The position numbers and the translations under genes were made by a program. Positions 1 through 9,264 of a stretch of DNA of 64,000 nt are shown here, piece after piece; position 1 is the first letter of the stretch, and each line of letters begins with the position of its first letter. Source of the stretch: an uncultured Verrucomicrobiae bacterium (GTDB taxonomy: Bacteria > Chlamydiota > Chlamydiia > Chlamydiales > Rhabdochlamydiaceae); the NCBI GenBank assembly GCA_963718565.1, contig OY970364.1, forward strand, positions 1,632,001-1,696,000. Reading direction: 5' to 3'. The notes beneath the pieces were generated by a model. That model saw nothing but the letters and a program-made list of their open reading frames with translations, was not told where the DNA came from and made no database searches.

Positions 1-172
1 TCTAATTCTAGGGCCTGCTCTAAAACTAGTGTCATAACTTTCCTCACCGTAAAGGGCCTCACCGTAAAGGGTTGGCATTTCAAAAAACTCTTGGAAACGA
101 AAACTAAGAATCGTATCAATTTCAGATATCTAAATCAACTCCAATTCCGGAGCCTTGAGTTTCGATTAACGC

Positions 173-201
173 TTGAATATTAAACTAATCTGAGATACTC
201 T
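173..201 (+). promoter_or_regulatory. Putative sigma66/sigma70-type promoter
   Basis: TTGAAT (173-178), 17-nt spacer, TACTCT (196-201), about 60 nt upstream of the ATG at 262. Confidence 0.4.
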
Positions 202-261
202 TGCCTCTTCACTTAAAAAGTCATCTCTATTGAATAACCAAACCCATCATTAAGGGGAAAA

Positions 262-1008
262 ATGGCAGCGATTGAAATCTCGGAAACGCTTAAAGATGAA
301 TTGCTTAAATTTTTAAAAAAAAGCAAAAAAGCAGATCTCATCACAACCTATCTCTTTTTTTTGGAAAAAAAATTTAATATCGACCCCGTCCTCTTCATTC
401 GTGATAAAATGATTTTTCAAAGCGAGGACGAGTTAGTAGACAAGTTAGAGTCTCAGGGAAAGCTTTGGCGCGAGACAGAGATTAAGATCCAATACGGACA
501 ACAAAGTGTCAATGAGCAAACAAAAAAAGTGTATATCTGTCCATTTACCGGCAAAGTTTTTGGCGACAATACTCACCCCAATCCGCAAGATGCCATTTAC
601 GATTGGGTGTCAAAATGTCCAGAAAACAAGGAGCGTGTCGGAGGACTGAAGGCCAAGCGTTTTTTTGTCTCTGAAGATCTTGAAGTGATCAAAAACTACA
701 TCGTCAAACGCAAAGAGCCAATCACAAAGATTGTTTATTCCTCTGCAGTTACAGGAAAACTATTCAACAGCAAGGAAGCCGTCCTCGACGATTTTGTCAA
801 AAATCAACTGAAGCCAATTCCTTTAGAAGAAGTTCCTAATCAAAATCGTTTCCAAATCGAAGAAACCTTTCTCGCCTTCATTCAAAAACAGCTTGAAGAA
901 GGTAAAATCAATTCATTTGTAGAATCTTTATCACAATACGATGAATTCTCATCCTACATCGATCAGTGGCTGGAGGAGGTCAAAGAAGAGTCTGAAGATG
1001 AAGGGTAA
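262..1008 (+). CDS. Conserved chlamydial hypothetical protein (DUF2709-like)
   Basis: 248-aa ORF with AAGGGGA RBS and YICPFTGKVFGDNTHPNPQDAIYDWVSKCPEN block; lies upstream of tsaE/dnaQ as in Chlamydia. Confidence 0.7.
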   Translation: MAAIEISETLKDELLKFLKKSKKADLITTYLFFLEKKFNIDPVLFIRDKMIFQSEDELVDKLESQGKLWRETEIKIQYGQQSVNEQTKKVYICPFTGKVFGDNTHPNPQDAIYDWVSKCPENKERVGGLKAKRFFVSEDLEVIKNYIVKRKEPITKIVYSSAVTGKLFNSKEAVLDDFVKNQLKPIPLEEVPNQNRFQIEETFLAFIQKQLEEGKINSFVESLSQYDEFSSYIDQWLEEVKEESEDEG

Positions 1009-1032
1009 ACCTTTGGCCGTCTTTTTCAAGAT

Positions 1033-1683
1033 ATGTTATACCGCGCGCAGGAAGGTTTTGTGAATTTGGACTCAGCGAGGCAAAGCACAATCGAAGCTTG
1101 CGGTCCGAATGACGAAGCCATAGTGAAAACTATGGCTGCGGAGACACGAGAAGGTCTAGTAGACCTTCGCAGTGCAGAGCAGGTGAACGAAGCGAACGGG
1201 GAGGATCGATTGGGCAAAGCCGCAGCCAGTCCAAATTCACAAAACCTGACGGAGCGCGGTATATTTGCTAAACATACCACACACTCCCCCGAAGAAACTC
1301 ATCGTTTAGGAAAAGCCTTTGGCCAATCCCTAACTTCCGGTTCCATCATTGCTTTCTTTGGAGACCTCGGTGCAGGTAAAACGACTTTTATTCGCGGTCT
1401 TGTCGATGGGATCGGCTCAGTCGATATGAGAAACGTGTGCAGCCCAACGTTCACTCTCTTGAATATCTACAATGGGGACAAAATGGTATTTCATTTCGAT
1501 CTTTATCGACTCCCTAGAGAAGAAGAATTTTTTGCCGCTGGATTTGATGAATATTTTAAAGCTGGGGGCATTTGTTGCTTGGAATGGGCTGAAAAAATTA
1601 CCTCCTCGCTCCCTACTCATACTTTCAAGGTCATTTTTTCTCACCTCGGAGAAAAAACAAGACAAATTGAGATTTTAAAATGA
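1033..1683 (+). CDS. tsaE: tRNA threonylcarbamoyladenosine biosynthesis ATPase TsaE carrying a 75-aa in-frame palindromic-element insertion
   Basis: GDLGAGKTTF Walker A, SPTF, HFDLYRL and EWA motifs; residues 3-77 are encoded by the inverted-repeat element at 1037-1263. Confidence 0.93.
   Translation: MLYRAQEGFVNLDSARQSTIEACGPNDEAIVKTMAAETREGLVDLRSAEQVNEANGEDRLGKAAASPNSQNLTERGIFAKHTTHSPEETHRLGKAFGQSLTSGSIIAFFGDLGAGKTTFIRGLVDGIGSVDMRNVCSPTFTLLNIYNGDKMVFHFDLYRLPREEEFFAAGFDEYFKAGGICCLEWAEKITSSLPTHTFKVIFSHLGEKTRQIEILK
1037..1263. mobile_element. Palindromic MITE/RPE-like element, family H, in-frame in tsaE
   Basis: 36-bp TIR tataccgcgc-N7-ggttttgtgaatttggact with TA at both ends; internal hairpins and shared module at 1135-1200. 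Confidence 0.9.
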
Positions 1684-2327
1684 AAAAAAAAGCTGCATTT
1701 ACCCAAGCGCAATTTATCGCCTCGGCATATTCACAGGATTGTTTTCCCAAAATAGTCACCCCCTCTGGCCATCTGATGCCGGAAATTGCCGTTGTAGGTC
1801 GCTCGAATGTCGGAAAATCTTCCTTAATTAATCATCTTCTTAAGAGCAAGCTAGCAAAAACTTCATCCGCTCCTGGCAAGACGCGATCGATTAATTTTTT
1901 CTCTGTCGATGAGCAGTTTGTCCTTGTCGACCTCCCTGGTTATGGTTACGCTAAGGCGCCCAAACAAGTCAAAGCCCAATGGGTGGATATCATTGATCAC
2001 TATTTGCAAAACCGCTCCACATTGCAATTGATCTTGTTCTTGCTCGATTCCCGACGCCAACCCTCAGAAGAGGACCTCGCTTTTGTCCAATGGGCATCGT
2101 TTCATCAAAAGTCTCAGCTCATCATTTTTACTAAAACAGACAAGACGAGCGAAATGGAAAAAAAGAAAAATACCTTGGCCGCATTGGATTCCCTAAAAAA
2201 AATTCAAAATTCAGCTTGCCCATGCTTTCTTCATTACTCAATTAAAGATCCGCACGCTAGAATAGAACTTATCCACAAAATTAATAATCTGTTATCTAAA
2301 GAGCGAGTTCAAAATGGGCCTAATTAA
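1680..2327 (+). CDS. engB: GTP-binding protein EngB/YihA
   Basis: GRSNVGKSS, PGKT, DLPGYGYA and TKTDK GTPase motifs. Confidence 0.95.
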   Translation: MKKKAAFTQAQFIASAYSQDCFPKIVTPSGHLMPEIAVVGRSNVGKSSLINHLLKSKLAKTSSAPGKTRSINFFSVDEQFVLVDLPGYGYAKAPKQVKAQWVDIIDHYLQNRSTLQLILFLLDSRRQPSEEDLAFVQWASFHQKSQLIIFTKTDKTSEMEKKKNTLAALDSLKKIQNSACPCFLHYSIKDPHARIELIHKINNLLSKERVQNGPN

Positions 2328-3063
2328 CAAAGATGTGTTCGTCTGTTTAGACTGCGAAACTACCGGGCTCGAAACCGATAAAGATCGCATTATCGAAATC
2401 GCGATGGTGCGATTTGACTTCGATCAAACAGTGGAATCGTTTGAAACGCTGATCGATCCTCAGATGCCTATTCCAGAAGTTTCCATTGCCATTCACCATA
2501 TCAATGATATCATGGTGAAAGGGAAACCGAAAATTCAGGAAATTCTTCCAAAGGTTTTTGAGTTTGTTGGGAAATCCATCCTTGTAGGGCATGGCATCCC
2601 TAACGATATCGCTTTTCTCTGCGCCGCTGCAAAACAACATCAGATCCCTTGCAAGCTCGCTTCGCATCCCTATTTGGACACTTTGCGGTTGGCCCGACTT
2701 TATGGCGAAAGCCCCATCAATTCTTTAGAAAAACTTCGCCAGCACTTCAACATTGCCGAAGAGGGAGCTCATCGCGCAATGAATGATGTGGTCGTGAACA
2801 TCGAAGTCTTCAAATATCTTGCCCGACGCTATAAAACGACAGAGCAAATCGTCAATCGACTTAAAAGCCCGATTCAGCTTAAAGCGATGCCTCTTGGAAA
2901 ACATAAGGGGCGTTTCTTTTCTGAAATTCCAGTGGAGTATTTACGCTGGGCTGTCAACCAGAACTTCGATCAAGATCTACTTTTCTCTTTGAAAACGGAA
3001 TTAAAAAAACGCAATAAAGGAATCCAATTCGGACAAGCAGCAAGTCCCTTTGCAAATCTTTAA
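2314..3063 (+). CDS. dnaQ: DEDDh 3'-5' exonuclease, DNA polymerase III epsilon-like, with C-terminal DUF3820-like domain
   Basis: LDCETTG, HGIPNDI and HRAMNDV motifs; C-terminal MPLGKHKG...YLRW. Confidence 0.88.
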   Translation: MGLINKDVFVCLDCETTGLETDKDRIIEIAMVRFDFDQTVESFETLIDPQMPIPEVSIAIHHINDIMVKGKPKIQEILPKVFEFVGKSILVGHGIPNDIAFLCAAAKQHQIPCKLASHPYLDTLRLARLYGESPINSLEKLRQHFNIAEEGAHRAMNDVVVNIEVFKYLARRYKTTEQIVNRLKSPIQLKAMPLGKHKGRFFSEIPVEYLRWAVNQNFDQDLLFSLKTELKKRNKGIQFGQAASPFANL

Positions 3064-4273
3064 GAGTGTGTTTGTGAAAAAATTGCAATTACAAGATTTA
3101 GATCCCCAAGGAAAAAAAGTCCTGGTTCGCGTTGATTTCAATGTTCCTTTAAGCAAGGATGGTTCGGTTGTTGACGATACTCGAATTAGAGAATCCCTAC
3201 CCACTATTCAATATATTTTAAAATCAGGCGGAAGCGCAATTTTGATGAGCCATTTGGGAAGGCCAAAGGGAACTCCTGATCCTCAATTTTCGCTAATTCC
3301 TTGCGCTAAAGCTCTTTCAAAATTGCTCGGAATACCCGTGCAAATGGCAGAAGATTGCATCGGCGAAAAAGTAGAAAAAATAGCGAGCGATTTGAAACCT
3401 GGGCAAGTTCTTCTCTTGGAAAATTTGCGTTTTCATCCCGCCGAAGAAAAACCTTCTATAGACCCCACTTTTGCAAAAAAGCTCGCACGTCTTGGCGATA
3501 TCTATGTCAACGACGCTTTTGGAACTGCGCATCGCATGCATGCTTCGACAGCGGCGATTGCACAGTATTTTCCAGGAAAATCCGCTGCAGGCTTTCTCAT
3601 GCTAAAAGAGATCCATTTTCTCAGCTCACTGCTAAATCCCAAGCGTCCTTTTTACGCCATTATTGGAGGAGCAAAAATTTCTACGAAAATGGGAGTGCTT
3701 AAGTCTCTCCTTTCAAAAACAGATGGTATTTTCATCGGCGGAGGTATGGCCTTTACATGCTACCTTGCCCAAGGGATCAAGATTGGAAACTCTATTCATG
3801 AAGACGACCAGATTCCAGTTGCCACTGAATTTCTAAAAGCATGCGATGAAAAAAAAATTCCTTGCTGGCTGCCTGAAGACTTGATCATTGCAGATGCCTT
3901 CCGCGATGATGCGCAAAGTCAGTGCATTACCGCCTCTCAGGGAATTCCTGATGGCTGGCAAGGGATGGACATTGGACCTGAAACAGTGGAAAAATGGAGC
4001 ACAATCTTAAAAAATGCGGAAACTATTTTTTGGAATGGCCCTCTTGGCGTGTTCGAATTCCCCCATTTTGCTAAAGGGACAGAGCAGATTGCTAAAGTAC
4101 TCTCATCTCTTAAGGCAATCACTGTGATTGGAGGCGGAGATTCTGTCGCTGCGGTTCATCAACTGGGGTTGATCTCATCATTTACCCATGTATCGACCGG
4201 TGGGGGAGCTTCATTAGAGTTTATTGAATACGGCCATCTTCCCGGCATCGAAGCTTTGACCGGAGTTAACTAG
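3050..4273 (+). CDS. pgk: Phosphoglycerate kinase (true start may be GTG 3074)
   Basis: RVDFNVP, SHLGRP, LLENLRF, NDAFGTAHR, GGGDS and STGGGASLE motifs. Confidence 0.98.
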   Translation: MQIFKSVFVKKLQLQDLDPQGKKVLVRVDFNVPLSKDGSVVDDTRIRESLPTIQYILKSGGSAILMSHLGRPKGTPDPQFSLIPCAKALSKLLGIPVQMAEDCIGEKVEKIASDLKPGQVLLLENLRFHPAEEKPSIDPTFAKKLARLGDIYVNDAFGTAHRMHASTAAIAQYFPGKSAAGFLMLKEIHFLSSLLNPKRPFYAIIGGAKISTKMGVLKSLLSKTDGIFIGGGMAFTCYLAQGIKIGNSIHEDDQIPVATEFLKACDEKKIPCWLPEDLIIADAFRDDAQSQCITASQGIPDGWQGMDIGPETVEKWSTILKNAETIFWNGPLGVFEFPHFAKGTEQIAKVLSSLKAITVIGGGDSVAAVHQLGLISSFTHVSTGGGASLEFIEYGHLPGIEALTGVN

Positions 4274-4357
4274 TTTTAGATTGACAGAGCAGGCAATAGA
4301 TGCTGCAATCGAGGCCCATCGAATTAGGATTGTTACTCAATTTTGGGCGGAAACTGC

Positions 4358-4632
4358 TTCGCGATGGTATAGAAAGGGTTGTTAATGGTACGTCCTTAAA
4401 AACTCATGGCAAAAGTTGAAGACCATTTGGATCCATGCCTGATTGAGATCGATAAATGCAAAGCCTGGCATGGATCCAAATGACATTCAGTGCTTGCCAT
4501 AGGTTTTTGAGGACGTACTGTTAATGATTTATAACCTCCGCGGCTCTGCGTCTTTGCGTTGATCCCCTGCCGACTGTGTTCGTACAGGCGTTACAGGGGG
4601 CTAAAAGAACCAATTTTTGAAGTTTCTTCAGT
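4358..4632 (+). repeat. Dispersed repeat family D, copy 1, interrupted by a family C MITE
   Basis: After removing 4388-4526 it is nearly identical to the reverse complement of 9126-9261. Confidence 0.88.
4388..4518. mobile_element. MITE family C (131 bp) with 8-bp TSD
   Basis: TIR gtacgtcct(t/c)aaaaac..atggcaa; TGTTAATG duplicated at 4380-4387 and 4519-4526; the empty site is visible in the second D copy. Confidence 0.9.
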
Positions 4633-4633
4633 G

Positions 4634-4661
4634 TATGCGGCGAGGAGTTTTGCAATTCCCT
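4634..4661. mobile_element. MITE family A, solo terminal fragment
   Basis: tatgcggcgaggagttttgcaattccct, matching the ends of 41771-41950 and 53421-53498. Confidence 0.8.
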
Positions 4662-4771
4662 CTTTAAATTAATTTAGAAAGTGTCTTCAAATTAAAATGA
4701 TTTGAACACACTCTCTTATCAATTTGAGAAAAATTTAATTTTTAGTTTCAAATACATCGGCTGGTTAATCG

Positions 4772-4799
4772 TTGTCAAATAAGGTAAAACCGCTATAAT
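4772..4799 (+). promoter_or_regulatory. Putative sigma66 promoter of the NTT gene
   Basis: TTGTCA, 16-nt spacer, perfect TATAAT, 43 nt upstream of the ATG at 4843. Confidence 0.6.
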
Positions 4800-4842
4800 G
4801 GCCCCATCTTTTAAGAACTGCTCCATATAACCTAGGCGAGAT

Positions 4843-6420
4843 ATGTCTTCTGCGACAGGTTTTGGTAGAATCCGGGCTTTCCTTTGGCCGATCTACCGTC
4901 ATGAGCTGAAAAGGTTCGTTCCTTTACTCTTGATCTTCTTTCTCGTCGGATTTAACTACAGCCTTTTGCGCGGAACAAAGGATGCTCTTGTCGTTACCGC
5001 TCCTTCGTCTGGAGCAGAAGCATTGCCCTACTTGAAGGTCTGGGCGATTGTTCCGATGGCATTTCTTTTTACATTTATTTTTACACGCGTTTCAAACCGC
5101 CTATCCAGGGAAAAAATATTTTACGCGATGATGAGCATTTTCATCGCCTTTTTCTTGTTCTTCATGTTTGCCCTTTATCCCTTTCGAGATGCGCTTCACC
5201 CGCACTCTGTTTGCGATGAGATTCAAAAACTACTTCCTCAAGGTCTGCAGGGATTTGTCGCCATCTTTAGAAACTGGACCTTTACCCTGTTTTACATTAT
5301 GGCTGAGATGTGGAGCACGATCATCATGACTGTGCTAGCCTGGGGGTTTGCAAATGATGTGACAAGCGTTAACGATGCCAAACGCTATTATGGGCTTTTA
5401 GGAATTGGAATCAACCTTTCCGGGGTTGTCGCTGGATCTGTCGCCACTTCGATGTCGCAAAACACATTCTACCCAGGCCTGCCCTTTGGAGCGACTGCTT
5501 GGGACCAGACAGTGTTCCTCTTATGTAGTATTTTTGTTCTCGCAGGTGGCTTATGCATGGCCCTCTTTCGCTATATCCATACCCAAGGTCATGGTTACAA
5601 CGCTCCCTCCTATCACGCTCAAAATAAGGGTATGGAAGAAGTAAAAATGGGATTGCGTAAAAATTTTGCTTATTTAGCCAAGTCCAAATATTTGATCTGC
5701 ATCGCGGTCATCGTCGTCATGTACAATATCGCGATTAATCTTGTTGAAGTTGTCTGGAAAGACCAGGTCAAACAACTTTACCCCAACCCTTCGGATTTCA
5801 ATGCCTATATGGGACAAGTTTTAACTTGGATCGGTATTGTAGCAACCATCATCAGCGTATTCATTTCCAGTACGATTATTCGTAAATTCAGCTGGACAAC
5901 AAACGCTCTCATCTCGCCGATGATCCTGCTGACAACCGGCATTGCCTTCTTTTTCTTCTTCTTTTTCAAAGACTCTAGTTTTGCCTCCTTTGCTTCCTGG
6001 TTTGGCACAACCCCACTTGCCCTATGCGTCTTTTTTGGGTCCTTGCAAAATTGTCTTGCCCGCGCCTCTAAATATACTCTTTTTGATGCCACCAAAGAAC
6101 TTGCCTTCATTCCTCTGAGTAAAGAATGCAAATTAAAAGGAAAAGCAGCGATCGATGGTGTCGGATCCCGCATTGGAAAATCAGGCGGATCGCTCATCCA
6201 TACCAGCTTGCTCATGGTTTTTGGCACAGTTTCGCTCAGCACTCCCTATGTCGGCTTTCTGCTTTTATTCGTGATCGCGGCATGGACGACGGCTGCTTTT
6301 TCGCTTGGAAAACGCTTTAACGATCTCGTCTCTCATCAAGAAACTCTTAAAGATCCCGACGAAGAGCAAGAACCTGTTCTTCAGCCAGTGATGGCCGACT
6401 CTTCCGCTATACCGAAATGA
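4843..6420 (+). CDS. Nucleotide transport protein (NTT/TLC ATP/ADP translocase family), Npt2-like by neighbourhood
   Basis: Multi-TM protein with FNYSLLRGTKD, WGFAN, KYTLFDATKELAFIPL and KGKAAIDGVGSRIGKSGGS; last codons and stop lie inside a family B element. Confidence 0.93.
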   Translation: MSSATGFGRIRAFLWPIYRHELKRFVPLLLIFFLVGFNYSLLRGTKDALVVTAPSSGAEALPYLKVWAIVPMAFLFTFIFTRVSNRLSREKIFYAMMSIFIAFFLFFMFALYPFRDALHPHSVCDEIQKLLPQGLQGFVAIFRNWTFTLFYIMAEMWSTIIMTVLAWGFANDVTSVNDAKRYYGLLGIGINLSGVVAGSVATSMSQNTFYPGLPFGATAWDQTVFLLCSIFVLAGGLCMALFRYIHTQGHGYNAPSYHAQNKGMEEVKMGLRKNFAYLAKSKYLICIAVIVVMYNIAINLVEVVWKDQVKQLYPNPSDFNAYMGQVLTWIGIVATIISVFISSTIIRKFSWTTNALISPMILLTTGIAFFFFFFFKDSSFASFASWFGTTPLALCVFFGSLQNCLARASKYTLFDATKELAFIPLSKECKLKGKAAIDGVGSRIGKSGGSLIHTSLLMVFGTVSLSTPYVGFLLLFVIAAWTTAAFSLGKRFNDLVSHQETLKDPDEEQEPVLQPVMADSSAIPK

Positions 6421-6698
6421 ATTCAAGATTTGGAAATTTGGCAAGGCTGCGGATACTTTGAAAATGTCCAGTGGATATTTTCAAAGAGGAGCAGGTGAGC
6501 AAAGCGAACCGGCCCGGAGGGCGCCCTGAATTTGAGCCAGCATATGCGGCGCTGCTGCGGACACTTATCAAAAGAGCACGATTGCTCTTTTGTAAGAGAA
6601 GCAGGCACAACTTGAATAAGTTGTGCGATGCAGGCGGGCTCAAATACAGCGGCTGCCCGACGTAGCCAGAAACCAAATCCTGAGTTCATTTCGGTATA
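6408..6698. mobile_element. Palindromic element family B, long form (291 bp) with two inserted modules
   Basis: TIR tataccgaaatgaa(t/c)tca(a/g)gatttgg with TA ends; colinear with 18118-18291 apart from inserts at about 6446-6516 and 6554-6597. Confidence 0.92.
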
Positions 6699-6739
6699 AG
6701 TAATCAGATTAAATACGATGATATGTTATAAATAATATT

Positions 6740-7366
6740 ATGGAATACCTGACAGAAATCATTACTCGTCACGCCCATCATGCTCATTGGTATCTATTTA
6801 TTGCGATCATTCTAGCCGGATTTAATATTCCTTTTAGCGCGGATCTTCTCATATTGCTTGCAGCGATTTTAGCTGCGACAGTTGTCCCAGAGCACACATG
6901 GCTCCTTTTTTATAGTATTTTATTTGGCTGTTATTTTTCTGCGATGTGCGCATATTGGCTCGGCAGGTTAATTGGAACCGCGCTGAGCAAGAGAAAGTTT
7001 TTTTCAAAACTCCTCAGCGCTCACCGCCTCTCCAGGATTAAACAATTTTATGAGAAATATGGCCTTTGGACACTTGTCATTGGCCGGTTTATTCCATTTG
7101 GTGTGCGTAATTGCATCTTTATGTCTTCGGGAATGAGTAAACTGCACTTTGGAAAATTTGTTCTCATGGATGCCTTTGCCTGCATTCTTTGGTGCAGTAC
7201 ATGCTTCTATTTGTTCTTCGCCCTCGGTCAAAACTATGAGGCCATTTGGCATTATCTTAAGACCTTTAATCTGTTAATTTTCGCTGCTTTCAGTGTGACG
7301 GTAATTGGCATTATTTGGTATAAAAGTAGGAAGAAGATACGGAAGAAAAACCTATCAACAAATTAG
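6740..7366 (+). CDS. DedA family membrane protein
   Basis: Hydrophobic 208 aa; YWLGR and FYEKYG...IGRFIPFGVRN..FMSSG motifs. Confidence 0.9.
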   Translation: MEYLTEIITRHAHHAHWYLFIAIILAGFNIPFSADLLILLAAILAATVVPEHTWLLFYSILFGCYFSAMCAYWLGRLIGTALSKRKFFSKLLSAHRLSRIKQFYEKYGLWTLVIGRFIPFGVRNCIFMSSGMSKLHFGKFVLMDAFACILWCSTCFYLFFALGQNYEAIWHYLKTFNLLIFAAFSVTVIGIIWYKSRKKIRKKNLSTN

Positions 7367-7396
7367 TTTGATCATCTCATACAAATCGTTAGCAGA

Positions 7397-7936
7397 ATGT
7401 TAAGCTTACATAACAGTTTATCTTTTCTTAGAGCTCCGTTAGCTTTTTTGTTTTTGGTAGAAAACACGACATTTCGCATCATTGCCATTCTTTTAGCAAT
7501 GCTTACTGATAGCATTGATGGATACTTAGCGCGTCGTTGTAAGGCTGTGACACGTTTTGGGGCGATCCTTGATCCCGCAATGGACAAATTCTTTGTCTTT
7601 TTTGCACTTGTCGTTTTGTTCCTAGAAGGGAAAATGGAGTTGTGGCAAGCACTCGCAATGATCTCTCGTGATTTTTTTCTTCTTCTGTTTGGACTCTATC
7701 TTAGCCTTACCGGACATTGGGAAAGCTACCGTTTTACCTCTATACGTTGGGGCAAAGTCACAACAGCGCTCCAATTTCTCGTCCTAATAGGGCTGACATT
7801 TGGTGTCTTTTTCCCAAGTTATCTCTATGGCATTTTCATTCTTTTTGGCATGCTTGCCTTTATTGAACTTTGGCAGATCAAGAGAAATTCTGCTCTCCCT
7901 CCGACCGCCAAAGCAGAAGATACCACTTCGAATTAA
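7397..7936 (+). CDS. pgsA: CDP-alcohol phosphatidyltransferase (PgsA-like)
   Basis: DSIDGYLARR...FGAILDPAMDK signature. Confidence 0.88.
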   Translation: MLSLHNSLSFLRAPLAFLFLVENTTFRIIAILLAMLTDSIDGYLARRCKAVTRFGAILDPAMDKFFVFFALVVLFLEGKMELWQALAMISRDFFLLLFGLYLSLTGHWESYRFTSIRWGKVTTALQFLVLIGLTFGVFFPSYLYGIFILFGMLAFIELWQIKRNSALPPTAKAEDTTSN

Positions 7937-9021
7937 AGCGGAGCCTTTGTGGCTAGTCTGCCTTGAATGGAAAGCATCGGTATCGGCATTTCTGCACCAG
8001 CCTCTATCAATTCTCTATAAATCAACATCAAAATCTCCTGTTTGACCGTCAGATATTTGTCGTATCGCGTCTGAAGCGTATAAATGTCGATGTATAAGTC
8101 TAGTGTGAATTGGTTGAGTCCGTTTAAAACAACAAGAACCGGCAAATGGGCATCGATGTCCGGGTGATTAGCAATGGCAATTTTGAGTTTGTCTACAAGT
8201 TCAGGAATGCGCAGAAAGTCCTCGTAACGTACACCGAACTTCTCTTCAATGCGGCGATGAGTCATCCGGGAGGCGTTTATCACTTGAGCATGTGAAAAAA
8301 TCGAATTAGGAAGATAAACAGACCTTTTTTCTTTGTCGCGCACCGTTGTCAAAGACCAACCAATCTCTTCAACACTCCCTTCAAGGTTCTGTTCAGGAAG
8401 AGAAATAGAATCCCCGATCATAAATGGTCGATTGATGTGCAGCATTAGACCGCTGCAAAAATTAGCAATGACATCTTTGCTTGCAAAACCAATTGCAGCT
8501 GCCCCGATGCCGCCAAATGCGATGAGCGGCCCAATGTTCAATCCCCAGATTTGAAGGACGATCATCAAAGAAATGACGACGATCATCATCGACAAAATTC
8601 TACCGGCAGCATACACAAAACCCGTATGGATTTTTTTGTGATGGTGCTCTTTGTTCAAAAAGTTTTTTTGAACGACACTTTTCCATCTTAGCAATACCCA
8701 AGCAAGGCAGAGGACAAATCCAGTACTGCGAAAGGCATTAATGTAATTCTCAAAAAAAGAAAAGTCAAATCGCCTTCCCAAAATTTCAATCACTAAGGTT
8801 CCCCCTAAAATCCATAATAAAATTTGAAAAGGCAGAAAGAGAACCTCATCGATCTTCTCTTTCCAATCATGCGACACCGAAAGAGAGCGATGCCGCACAT
8901 GCTTAACAATTTTTTTAAAGACAAAATTAACGGCAACTAAAACGAGAATACCAACGATAATTTCAAAAAACCAAAGCCTGTCACCCATGACAAGTTCAGA
9001 AGGAGAGCTGGAAGCATCCAT
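7933..9021 (-). CDS. Small-conductance mechanosensitive channel MscS family
   Basis: GGIGAAAIGFASKDVIANF, RPFMIGD and GSVEEIG motifs; start placed at ATG 9021 behind a GGAGG RBS. Confidence 0.9.
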   Translation of the reverse strand: MDASSSPSELVMGDRLWFFEIIVGILVLVAVNFVFKKIVKHVRHRSLSVSHDWKEKIDEVLFLPFQILLWILGGTLVIEILGRRFDFSFFENYINAFRSTGFVLCLAWVLLRWKSVVQKNFLNKEHHHKKIHTGFVYAAGRILSMMIVVISLMIVLQIWGLNIGPLIAFGGIGAAAIGFASKDVIANFCSGLMLHINRPFMIGDSISLPEQNLEGSVEEIGWSLTTVRDKEKRSVYLPNSIFSHAQVINASRMTHRRIEEKFGVRYEDFLRIPELVDKLKIAIANHPDIDAHLPVLVVLNGLNQFTLDLYIDIYTLQTRYDKYLTVKQEILMLIYRELIEAGAEMPIPMLSIQGRLATKAPL

Positions 9022-9125
9022 TTTTTTCCTCCGTTTTACCCCAAGGATAAGCCAAAACTTAAAAAAGAAAAAGGGTGAATCAAAGTGGGTGTAAATCAAA
9101 ATATTGAAGCTAGGCATTGAAATAT

Positions 9126-9261
9126 ACTGAAGAAACTTCAAAAATTGGTTTTTTTAGCCCCCTGTAGCGCCTGTACGAACACAGTCGGCAGGGGATCAAC
9201 GCAAAGACGCAGAGCCGCGGAGGTTATAAATCGTTAACAACCCTTTCTATACCATCGCGAA
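9126..9261 (-). repeat. Dispersed repeat family D, copy 2 (uninterrupted)
   Basis: Reverse complement of 4358-4632 minus the family C insertion; contains a cccctg...cagggg stem and aacgcaaagacgcagag. Confidence 0.88.
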
Positions 9262-9264
9262 ACA

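Noticed and set aside
1..71. 15-bp tandem duplication cctcaccgtaaaggg (42-71) and IS-end-like ctagggcctgctctaaaac
   Set aside because: Only two units with no spacer, so not CRISPR; context is cut by the window edge and there is no partner end
4680..4712. Short inverted repeat agtgtcttcaaat...atttgaacacact upstream of the NTT promoter
   Set aside because: Single imperfect copy; cannot distinguish operator, element relic or chance
6407..6689. ORFs in several frames over repeats (also 9224-9568, 10636-10818, 18133-18555, 30032-30289, 33322-33546, 37232-37496, 41768-42037, 42818-43061)
   Set aside because: They coincide with palindromic elements or relics and have no RBS or protein-family signal
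9022..9141. N-terminal extensions in the ORF track for mscS (and for lplA, the 37469 ORF, sdhC, tolQ, gspE, gspF and the DUF4143 ATPase)
   Set aside because: They run into repeats, promoters or upstream genes; downstream ATGs fit better
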